From Bryobacterales bacterium (lineage in GTDB: Bacteria > Acidobacteriota > Terriglobia > Bryobacterales > UBA6623), in contig CBDCYS010000055.1 in the NCBI GenBank assembly GCA_965224215.1, positions 4,409 to 68,408 of the forward strand: DNA of 64,000 nt. The letters run 5' to 3'. Every line of letters begins with the position of its first letter. Positions within the stretch are counted from its first letter, which is position 1. The notes under the pieces were generated by a model that had not been told where the DNA came from, did not search any database, and was given only the letters and a program-made list of their open reading frames with translations. Below are positions 29,177 through 37,950 of the stretch, piece by piece. The translations under genes were made by a program, and so were the position numbers.

Positions 29177-29297
29177 CCCAACAGAGCCGTGGACGGAAGT
29201 CCACGGTTGCGTCGGCCTCCGGGGCCGACGTTCCAGGCCGACAGTGGGGGCGTAGCGCCCTAAGCCCGAGCGTGGACTTCCGTCCGCGCCTATGTTG
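29177..29297. repeat. cluster of three hairpin (REP/BIME-like) repeats between the convergent selB and aas genes
   Basis: CAACAGAGCCGTGGACGGAAGTCCACGG (stem CCGTGGAC, GGAA loop), the central hairpin GTCGGCC-TCCGG-GGCCGAC, and an inverted partner GCGTGGACTTCCGTCCGCGCCTATGTTG. A related copy lies at 41415-41443. Confidence 0.65.
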
Positions 29298-29318
29298 TTC
29301 CAGATCGAGGTGATTGCA

Positions 29319-32300
29319 TCAGGGGACGATGATTCGGATGAATCCGTCACTGTCGATTGCAGCTCGGTCGCCGGTTTCCAGCCACCCGTCCCTCGCGGGA
29401 GCACCATCCGCCTCATCCGCGTAGCCCAGCATGCGGCCTGGGCCTTTGACTAGCAGCAACCCCTCTTGATCGGGCGGCAGCGTATCCCCTGATGACCCGT
29501 CGACGACCTTGGCGCTCACTCCCGGGACGGGATGCCCTACCGTCCCCGGCTTACTGCCGAGTTGCTTTTTGTGTCCCTGTTCGTAGCCGGGTAGGTTGAC
29601 GGCGACGACGGCCGTCATCTCCGCGAGCCCGTAACCCTCCATTAGCTCCACTCCGAACTTCTCCTGAAATCGGCGCGCAAGGTCGGGGTCCATCCCCGAT
29701 CCTCCCACCAGAGCGAACCGCACCGTGCCGAAATTCTCTGGCCGGACGTCCGACAGATAGGCCGAGTATTGCGACGGCGTCGCAACCAGGATCGTACCGT
29801 TGTATCGCCCGGCCAATTGCCCAAGACCTGCCGCGTCCGCCGGATCGTTGTGGTAAAGAACGCCGCAGCCAGACAGCAGCGGAAACCACAGGGTCGCCGT
29901 CAATCCCAAGGCGTGATGAAAAGGCAAGCTGCCAACGACTCGATCTTTTCGATTGACCCAGAACACCTGCTCAAACGCCTCGACGTTCGAGACGATGTTG
30001 TAGTGCGAAAGCATCACGCTTTTCGCGGCGTCCGACACGCCGGCTGTCTGAACTAGTGTTGCCAGGCTATCGGGCGTCTCCTCTTTGCGGTGATAGATCG
30101 CTTCGAGCAGGCGCGCCGGCAGCAGGAAGACCGCGGCGGCCGCTATCGCTCGGCCCAGCCCGGATCGCCTGTTTGCCAAGTCCTCTAGGAAAAGCGCCTC
30201 TGCAAACTTTGTGCTCGAATCGGTCTCCAGCCGGCGGGAACAGATGACCGTCCGAATGCCGCATCGCTCGACGATTTGGGAAAGCTGATCACTTTCCGTC
30301 TCACCAAGACTCAGCGATTCGTTCCGCGGCAGGTTGACGGGGACGCAGCCTGCGAACAACACGGCGAGGTTCGCGATCACCGCCTCCGTGGAAGGCGGCA
30401 GCTGCAGTCCGACTTTCCTCGGCCGGGCCGGGCCGCCCTGACCGCCACGCTGCCTAATAGACTTTCTCAGTTGCCTCGCCAGCAATAGGCTCTCAACGAG
30501 CAGAGAACCATACGTCAATCGGCGGTGGCTGTCCGCGGCAGCAAGGGAAAACCAGTTCCGCTTAGCGGTGCGTATGAACCGCAGATGCAATTGGTCGCGC
30601 CTGGATCTGCGAAGTAGCGCCGCCTCGCTGCCCAGTTCTAGGACCGCCTGCCGCACTTCCGGAGCATTGGCCGACCCGGGAAGCGGCGCGCCGAATGACA
30701 CCGTGACGGGATACGGAAAACGCTCCGGACGCCGGAAGAAAGGACGCCCGTCCTTGAAGCTGAAGATGCTCCCCCAGACCCGGTCCAGGTTCACCGGGAT
30801 GATCGGGACGTCGAGCCCTTCAGCATCCAGCCCTTCCATCATTCGTTCAAATCCTCGTTTGAACGGCAGCATACCGCCCGTTCGGCTCACCGACCCTTCG
30901 GCGAATATACAGACAATGTGGCCCTGTCGCAGTTGGTCCCGAGCCAGCTCGATCGATTCGGCGACTTTCTCAGGGTCACCGCCCTGAATCGGGATCGCGT
31001 TCATCTTCCGCAAGATCCAGTGAAAGGGCCGCTGCTCGTAGTACGGCCGATAGACCAGGAAACGGACGAAGCGCTGCACGCAAGCGCCCACGAGAAAGCC
31101 GTCGATGAATGAAACGTGATTGCTAACCAGCAATGCCGGGCCGCGAAACGGGACATTCTCCTGTCCAACGATTCGAATGCGATAGAAGGTATGGGTCACC
31201 ATCCACAGAACAAAACGGATCAAGAAGTCGGGAACGACTGTAAGCATGTAGAGCGTCACGGCGAAGGTGACCCAAGCGAAAATCCCGATGATGCGGTCCG
31301 CCGCGTAGGCAAGAACGTCGGCCAGCAAATAGAGCGCGCCCGACGCCAGCAGCACGCCGAGCATATTCACGAAGTTGTTTGTGGCGATGAGGCGACCGCG
31401 CTCGCCCGAGCCGCTACGCTGCTGAAGCAGCGATGTGAGCGGCACGATAAACAGGCCGCCGGCAAACCCGAGCAAGCCCATCGACACTGCCGCCCAAATG
31501 TAAGAGCCACCCGACCAGGCCAACCATAGTCCGGCGATCCCCATGCCGATCGAGCCGAGCGGCGTGAGCCCGAGTTCCACTTTGTCCCCCGACAAACGGC
31601 CCGCCGCCATGCTCCCGAGGGCGATGCCGATACCCAAAGAGGTAATCAGGCGGGCGCTCCATTCTTCAGTCACGTGGAGCACGTCACGCCCGAACAAAAT
31701 GATGTCCAGTTGCAAGAGCGCTCCCAGCATCCAGAAATAGGAGATCCCCAGCACCGTCAGCCAAAGCGCTTTGTCTGCCCGCAAAAGCCGAAACCCGGAG
31801 AAGATTTCCGACCAGGGATTGAGAGCCAGCGCTTTTCTGGACTGCGGATCGGGCACTCTCCCGATGCCAAAACTTGTTGCGAATCCGACCAACGCCACTG
31901 CGGTCAACACGCAGCCAATCAGCCAGGTGCGTTCCCGCCAAACCGCAAGCAGCTCCCCGCCGATCCAGGTGCCGACGATAATCGCCAGATTCGTGCTCAT
32001 TTGAATCAGTGCATTCCCGCGCGAAAGGTCTTTGTCACCGACCATCTCCGGCAGGATTCCGTACTTCGCCGGACTGAACAATGTCGACTGCAAGGCCATC
32101 AGGAAAAGCACAACCAGCATCAGCTCGAAGTTCTCCAAATACAAAGCCAGAACGGCCAGCCCCATCGAGCCGGCCTCCATCGACTTGGTCGCAATCAGGA
32201 CTTTGCGTTTGTTATAAACATCCGCCAAATGCCCGGCGTACCCCGAGAAAAGCAGGAAGGGCAGGATGAAGACAGCACCGACCAGGGCCAGCTCGCGTCC

Positions 32301-32451
32301 ACCACTGGCGGTGCTGCTGACCGCAGTGACCGCGAGCAACGTTACGACGATCTTGTAGACACTGTCGTTGAGGGCGCCGAGGAACTGGGTCCAATAGGAG
32401 GGCTTTAAAGCCGCTCACACGAAGAAGATCGCTAAATCGCCCAAAGGCCAT
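29319..32451 (-). pseudogene. aas: bifunctional Aas-type protein (MFS lysophospholipid transporter + acyltransferase + acyl-ACP synthetase); N-terminus needs a 1-nt frame correction
   Basis: The 1006-aa ORF has MFS helices, an acyltransferase H(x)4D box (SNHVSFIDG) and an AMP-binding ligase domain. The true N-terminus (MAFGRFSDLLRVSGFKALLL / TQFLGALNDSVYKIVVTLLAVTA..) is in another frame, with a +1 shift at about 32387-32395. Confidence 0.75.
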
Positions 32452-32586
32452 GGGATTGGGAACGGTACGGCTCAAGAAAGCTGCACTACTCTACCAGGGT
32501 AGATTCAATCCACCCCAACTTGCGGCACGATCCAGATCCGTCCGTAAGGATGCTGGTCGCACGCGAAAGCGTTTCGAAAACCCGTA

Positions 32587-32680
32587 GCGCAGGGCTCGTC
32601 AGAGACCTGCGGCTTTTCAATAAGTTCACCCGCCGGGTGCGGCCCGCCAACAGGCCGCAGGTCTCTGACGAGCCCTGCGC
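32587..32680. repeat. 27-bp perfect inverted repeat with a 40-nt spacer
   Basis: GCGCAGGGCTCGTCAGAGACCTGCGGC (32587-32613) pairs with GCCGCAGGTCTCTGACGAGCCCTGCGC (32654-32680). It lies in non-coding DNA upstream of aas. Confidence 0.8.
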
Positions 32681-32867
32681 TGATATGGTGTAACCTGTCA
32701 AGTTTGCGCGCACGACTGCTGTCGCGCGGAGCCTCAACTCCGCGTTGGCCAACGAACGAGGACAAGAAGAACAGCCTGTGGAAGAGAGCGTTTACGACGA
32801 TGGATCCATCTGATATTCGCGGGTTCTCGCCAGAGTAGTCTGCGTCGTGGAGCTGCCTCACTCTACG

Positions 32868-32927
32868 GACGAAGGTCGTTCAACCGAGCGCTTCCTTGAC
32901 GAAGGTCGCTCCATCAAGCGCTTCTTA
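32868..32927. repeat. 30-bp tandem duplication (2 copies, about 5 mismatches)
   Basis: GACGAAGGTCGTTCAACCGAGCGCTTCCTT followed by GACGAAGGTCGCTCCATCAAGCGCTTCTTA. Confidence 0.7.
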
Positions 32928-33198
32928 GCGCAGTCGAGGGTTCTCCTGGCAGGCTCAGTTTCCAGTCAGCCGTCCTCCTTGTCCTACCTTGTGAGGCTGC
33001 CGCCCGAAGCCGGCAACCAAAATCGTTATCGCTACCGCTTGCTGGCAGTTCATCGTCCTCGGCAGCTAGCCATCGCCCTCATATAAGGTGCCTCTTGGCG
33101 GCCGGACGGGTTCTGTCAAGGGCGCGGGTTACCGCGGCGAAGCGTACCCTTGACAGGTTTCGGCCGGTCGCCTACGACGTCAATCGAGGGCGATGGCG

Positions 33199-33299
33199 GT
33201 CTCCCTGGCGGTCTCCTTGTCGGCCGTCTCCCTGGCGGTCTCCTTGTCGGCCGTCTCCCTGGCGGTCTCCTTGTCGGCCGTCTCCCTGTCGGCCGTCTC
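33199..33299. repeat. 27-bp tandem repeat, about 3.7 copies
   Basis: (GTCTCCCTGGCG GTCTCCTTGTCGGCC) x3, then GTCTCCCTGTCGGCC GTCTCG. It starts 7 nt beyond the stop of the IS110-family transposase gene. Confidence 0.85.
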
Positions 33300-34425
33300 G
33301 AGCGTTCAGCAAGCATTCAATCCCTGTTTCTCCTGTTGTGTTCGGGTCTGTTCGATCACGATTGCCCAGATGAATCCCAGCAGTTCCCGCGCGATCGCGG
33401 TCACGACGACATTCGCGTGTTTGCCGTTGTTGCGCAGCTTGCGAAAGCGACCGCAAAGCCGCACCTGCGCCTTCCAGGCGATCGCTTGGACTGGGGGCGA
33501 CGCCTTCTCGGCACGGCGTTGAATCAGCCGCGAGCGGCGTGCCGGGAAGCGATACGCCCAGGAGCATTCGACCAGCAGACGGCGAGCTTCCTCGTTGCCT
33601 GCTTTGGTGATCGCGCCTTGACGGCGTCGCGCTCCGCTCGTGTTCTCCGATGAAGTCACACCGACGAAACCCATCAGCTCGCGCGGGGAGTCGAAGCGTG
33701 TGAGATCGCCCAGCTCGGCCAGCAACGTCATCCCCGCCAGCCAGTCCACGCCCCGCAGCGCCGTCAACGCCTGCGCTGGCCCTCCCAGGCTCCAGCCTTC
33801 CAGCTGATCATGCAACTGCTGCTCGAGGCGAGCCGTTCGGCTTTACGCCTGGCGTATCGCCTCGGCGTATTCTTCGTAGGCGATCTGCGAGGCCGGCTGC
33901 TCAAAGCGTTGCGTCTCGAGCCAGCGAAAGTGCGCTTGCGTCCAATTCTTGCGCCCGGGGAAACGCTTGTCGTGGCGCAGCAGCATAGCTCCGAGGCGTT
34001 GACGAAGTTGTTTGTCGATGAGTTTGCAGTCGCCGCGCGCGCGGCTCAGATCGCGGATCGCTTCGTGTTCCGGAGAGGGCGTCCAGACCGTGCTGAGCTC
34101 GCCGGCGCGATCGAGCCGAGCCAGGGTCAGCGCGTCGCGCCGATCGGTCTTGACGCGATCGCCGGATTTGCGCGGGGTCAGCGACGGCGCGACCAGGTCG
34201 CCATCGTGTTCGGTGTCACGAATCTGCCGGCAAATGCCGTAGCCACAGGGGCCGGCTTCGTAGCAGTAGTGCAGCCTCTGACCAGACGGGGCGAGTGCGG
34301 AAATCAAGCGACGAATGGCTTCAGGCCGGTTGTCGATCTTGCCGTAGAAATGCGCCTCGCCCCGCCGCGGCGACAGCGACCGAGATATTGTTTTTGTGAA
34401 CGTCCATCCCGACGTATTTGTCGTA

Positions 34426-35455
34426 GATGGGTATCCGGTTGACTCAGGTAGCCCCAATATCTTGTGGTTTGGGGATTTTCTTGGGTTCTGTAACCGGGTG
34501 AACAATCATCTTGTAAGTCGCCGGATCCACGGCTACCGCCTGCTGGACGAGCCGATAGAAGAGTTTGCCGCGGCTTTTGGATTTGCGGCGGTTGAAACGG
34601 AAGGTGAACTCGTCCAGGTAGTAGTCCAGATGTTTGTGGCTCACGGCGCCCTGATGGGTGCCCAGCAGCCAGCGCTTGAGCAGTGACATCACGCGGTGGA
34701 CGCGGGGCATCAATTCCGACGCGGACTGCTCCTGCCTGCTGACAACTGTGACCTGATGGACGTAGCCTTCCTTTTTCAACCCGGAGTAACCGGGCCAGCC
34801 GTCGGTATGCACCACGCTGCCCGGCTCGATGCACTCCTCCACGAAAGGCAACAGGCTCTCGCCCGAGGCATCCTCGATTCTCTTCATGCGAATCCGGCCG
34901 ATACCCCGCCCATCCTCTTGAGCGGCTACTGCGATCAATGCTTTGTTTTTCAGGTTTCGGCCCCGCAGGCCCTCTTCGAGCCCGCCCCAGTAGCTTTCAT
35001 CGACTTCCACCGTCCCGGCGAGCAAATCCCGTCCCGGCCGCACCATCGCGCGCCGCATTTTGTGCAGCCAGGTCCAAGCCGTTTCGTACCTGTTGAGCCC
35101 CAACACTCTTTGCAGTCCCAAAGCGCTGGCTCCGGTCTTTTGGGTGGTGACCCACCACATCGCACGAAACCACAACGGCAAAGGGCTGCGCGTGTCCTGA
35201 AAGATGGTCCCGGCGGTCACCGAGGTTTGGCGCCCACACGCAGCGCACTGCAGCAGCACTTTTCGCAAAGGCCACGACTTTCCACAACCGCAACCCGGAC
35301 AGCGGAAACCGTCCGGCCAGCGCAGCCGGAACAGATACTCCCGGCAGGCCTCCTCACTGCTAAAACGGGCCTCGAACTCTGTCAGGTTCTGAGGGCAATC
35401 TTCCATCTGCCGGCATACTACATCTTGGGGCTACCTGAGTCAACCGGATACCCAT
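34426..35455 (-). mobile_element. IS1595-family insertion sequence, copy 2 (intact, nested in the IS110 transposase gene)
   Basis: Same terminal repeats as copy 1, with an 8-bp duplication TTGTCGTA at 34418-34425 and 35456-35463. By eye it differs from copy 1 at only a handful of positions (for example Tyr4->Cys, and two synonymous changes in DLLAGTVEVD). Confidence 0.9.
34444..35406 (-). CDS. IS1595-family DDE transposase (copy 2)
   Basis: 320-aa ORF identical to 11432..12394 except residue 4 (C vs Y). Confidence 0.9.
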   Translation of the reverse strand: MEDCPQNLTEFEARFSSEEACREYLFRLRWPDGFRCPGCGCGKSWPLRKVLLQCAACGRQTSVTAGTIFQDTRSPLPLWFRAMWWVTTQKTGASALGLQRVLGLNRYETAWTWLHKMRRAMVRPGRDLLAGTVEVDESYWGGLEEGLRGRNLKNKALIAVAAQEDGRGIGRIRMKRIEDASGESLLPFVEECIEPGSVVHTDGWPGYSGLKKEGYVHQVTVVSRQEQSASELMPRVHRVMSLLKRWLLGTHQGAVSHKHLDYYLDEFTFRFNRRKSKSRGKLFYRLVQQAVAVDPATYKMIVHPVTEPKKIPKPQDIGAT

Positions 35456-35781
35456 CTTGTCGTAATTGTTGCACTTGTTCATCTCTTTGTTGAACTCGCT
35501 AGACTCTTTCATGACCTGTCCTCCTCGATGCGGCTCTGCGCATCTGTTTGAAGCGTAACCCGCGACTCTCGCGGTTGGACAGGTCACTCCATCTTCTCTA
35601 CGGAGTTCGCCAACAACTCAGCAACGCAAAGGTCGCCTTACGGACGGATTGTGGGCACGACTGGTTATTGGGAGTTTCTGTCATAATCGTGCAGGCTGGA
35701 TCGGTCTGAAACTGGATTGCTAGACGCGCCGCCGTCAACCACCGGCTCCACTTCCAGCCACGATCGTCACCGAATCAGCCC

Positions 35782-36789
35782 ATGCCCAACACCATCCGAG
35801 CGGTCTTACTCGTCCTGTCACTCATCGGCGCAAATCTGGCCACGACGCCGCTATCCGCTCAGCAACTCGCCGACGCGGCAAGCCCAGCGCAGCAGAAAAA
35901 GGAACGGGTCTTCTACTTCCCCAAACCCCGTCAGCGAACTGCCTACGAGCCGCCGATGAAGCCGGTCACTCACCTGGGGGACCTGAAGGCCAAGGACGCG
36001 GGTCAGGCAACTTGGCGTGAACTAGTCATCGCCGACAACAACAGCCGCGCCTACATGGTTCAGCAGCAGCCGGGTTCAAAGTACGAGCGCAGGATGTACG
36101 CTGACTCGCCGGCATGGTGGGCCGTAGTCGAAGGCCGCGTCGACTTCGAGATCGAGCGACCCGACGGCACGTTCGAAAAGATTGAGGAGCGGAAAGGATC
36201 CTACGTGTTCGCGCCAGAACGATTGCTGCATTCGCTGGAAGTGGTGGGGTCCGAGCCGGCGATTCGCTTCGAGGTGACGCTTGCGGGCGCGACGCCAGTT
36301 TTCGAACAACCCCCAAAATCTCGCGGCGACCGATCAACCGAATACGTCCCGATTCGCCTGAGCACCGGGCCAAACCCGCTGGACGTGCCCGACCTCGACG
36401 GCAAGCCTTGGTCCCGCCATGTCAATATCTACGACCTTGCGGAAGCGAACAAGGGCAAGCCGCGCTGGAGCCGTCCCGCGATACGCAAGAACCGCGCTCG
36501 TGGCAATTTCATCTGCGGACAAGCCAGCGCTGAAAGAAAGATTGAACCCGGCTATCGCGGCCACTTCCACTCGGACTTCGCTGAATTTTGGGTGATTATG
36601 CTCGGCGAGTTGCAATGGATTTTCGAGGGCGACCTCGAACATCCCGTGATCGCCAAGCAAGGCGACATTGTCTACGCCCCGCCCAAAACTTTCCACATTC
36701 CGCAATTCCGAGGAAGCGACGGGCTCAACTGCCGACTGACCAGCAGCACCTTTCCGAGTGCGAATCACTTATTCGATGCGCCACACTGA
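35782..36789 (+). CDS. secreted cupin-domain (bicupin-like) protein
   Basis: Signal peptide MPNTIRAVLLVLSLIGANLATTPLSA. Two cupin-like segments (..WWAVVEGRVDFEI..; ..GHFHSDFAEFWVIMLGELQWIFEG...GDIVYAPPKTFH). Confidence 0.5.
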   Translation: MPNTIRAVLLVLSLIGANLATTPLSAQQLADAASPAQQKKERVFYFPKPRQRTAYEPPMKPVTHLGDLKAKDAGQATWRELVIADNNSRAYMVQQQPGSKYERRMYADSPAWWAVVEGRVDFEIERPDGTFEKIEERKGSYVFAPERLLHSLEVVGSEPAIRFEVTLAGATPVFEQPPKSRGDRSTEYVPIRLSTGPNPLDVPDLDGKPWSRHVNIYDLAEANKGKPRWSRPAIRKNRARGNFICGQASAERKIEPGYRGHFHSDFAEFWVIMLGELQWIFEGDLEHPVIAKQGDIVYAPPKTFHIPQFRGSDGLNCRLTSSTFPSANHLFDAPH

Positions 36790-36816
36790 TTCGTTGTGGC
36801 CTGAGGAAACGACAAC

Positions 36817-37914
36817 ATGAAAGCTTGGCGATTTTACGGTTTCAACGACATGCGGCTCGACGACGTGCCGGACCCGGCGCTCCGGGAAGACCACGTCGTG
36901 GTCGAAATCCTCTGCATCCAGCCGAGCGTGACCGAAGCCCAACTCGCGCACGGGATCTCCACGGTCGCTTATGACGACGTCAAACGGAAGCTGGAGACCG
37001 AGGCGCCGGTGCAACTATTTGGACACGAATTCTGCGCGCGCGTCATCGAAGCCGGTCCGAAGTCACGGTTTCAGGCCGGCGACCGCGTGGCGGCGCGAGC
37101 GAAGCTTCCGTGCCTGACATGCTCCCTGTGCCAGGCAGGAAGAGGCGAGCTTTGCAGAGACGGTCCGATCGTTGGATTTCAACTGCCCGGGTGTTTTTCC
37201 GAGCGCGCGCTCTTGCCAGAGCTGGCTCTCGTGAAGGTGGACGATCGCATTTCTGATAGCGAGGGTGCTTGTCTGCAATCGCTGAGCGACAGTCTCGCGG
37301 CCGTTGACACCGCCGGCATTCAGATCGGGGATACGGTGGCCGTCTTTGGCCAGGGAAGCATGGGGCTCGAATGCATGCAGGTGGCTCGTGCCAGCGGTGC
37401 GGGCAAGCTGATTACAGTCGATGTCCGGGATGAATCGTGCCGGATGTCGACTGAGCTGGGAGCGACGCATTCGATCAACGCGAAGCGCGATGAACCAGTG
37501 GCCGCCATTCTCGATCTGACTGGGGGGCACGGCGCCGACGTTGTTTTCGAGTGCGCCGGTGGTAGCCCGAAGCAGGGGCTCGCCGGGTCCCGAACGCTGG
37601 GTCAGGCGATGGAAGCCGTTCGTTCCGGCGGTAAGCTCGTCGGCGTATCGTTCTTCGGCGCGCCTCTTGAAATCGACGTCGATCGCATGCGCGTCCGCAG
37701 CTTGCGTTGGCTCTTCCCCGACATCAGTACGTTTGGCCATTTGGAACAGACAGTTCGCCTGGCGGCTTCTGGAATGGTGCGCATCAAACCGACGATCACT
37801 CACATTCTGGAAGGGATCGAGTCAGTGCCGCAGGCTTTCGAAATCACCGCCAACAAAGGCAAATACGCGGCGATCAATCCGGCGCAAGTCATGATGTCGG
37901 CCGGCACAGCTTGA
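36817..37914 (+). CDS. zinc-dependent medium-chain alcohol/polyol dehydrogenase
   Basis: GHEFCARV (catalytic Zn), CLTCSLCQAGRGELC (structural Zn) and VFGQGSMGL (Rossmann GxGxxG). Confidence 0.8.
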   Translation: MKAWRFYGFNDMRLDDVPDPALREDHVVVEILCIQPSVTEAQLAHGISTVAYDDVKRKLETEAPVQLFGHEFCARVIEAGPKSRFQAGDRVAARAKLPCLTCSLCQAGRGELCRDGPIVGFQLPGCFSERALLPELALVKVDDRISDSEGACLQSLSDSLAAVDTAGIQIGDTVAVFGQGSMGLECMQVARASGAGKLITVDVRDESCRMSTELGATHSINAKRDEPVAAILDLTGGHGADVVFECAGGSPKQGLAGSRTLGQAMEAVRSGGKLVGVSFFGAPLEIDVDRMRVRSLRWLFPDISTFGHLEQTVRLAASGMVRIKPTITHILEGIESVPQAFEITANKGKYAAINPAQVMMSAGTA

Positions 37915-37950
37915 AGGTCTCATCCCCGGTAACATAGGCATGCGGAATCT

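Larger units (their letters stand above)
33306..35512 (-). pseudogene. IS110-family (DEDD) transposase gene, decayed: IS1595 insertion + in-frame TAA + one frame break
   Basis: MKESSEFNKEMNKCNNYDK | [IS1595 copy 2] | YVGMDVHKNNISVAVAAAG / GEAHFYGKIDNRPEAIRRL..YCYEAGPCGYG.. (break at the C4 run 34360-34363) ..EYAEAIRQA-TAA(33843-33845)-SRTARLEQQLHDQ...LRGVDWLAGMTLLAELGDLTRFDSPRELMGFVGVTSSENTSG..ITKAGNEEARRLL. The RBS GAGGAGG precedes the ATG at 35512. Confidence 0.85.

Noticed and set aside
32665-32671. A hammerhead-ribozyme-like CUGACGA box inside the 27-bp inverted repeat arm.
   Set aside because: The box is part of a perfect long stem. No GAAA box or cleavage triplet lies in the required geometry on either strand; on the minus strand the nearest GAAAC is separated from the would-be stem II by extra unpaired bases.
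33199-33299. A CRISPR array, considered for the tandem repeats at 33199-33299 and 11067-11162.
   Set aside because: The units are directly adjacent with no unique spacers, the unit lengths (27 and 19-20 nt) and copy numbers are too small, and there are no cas genes.
11382-35455. The two IS1595 copies forming a composite transposon that carries the 22-kb segment between them.
   Set aside because: Each copy has its own matched 8-bp duplication (different sequences), so they inserted independently. The enclosed genes are core functions (bamA, tamB, tal, pcm), and there is no common outer duplication.
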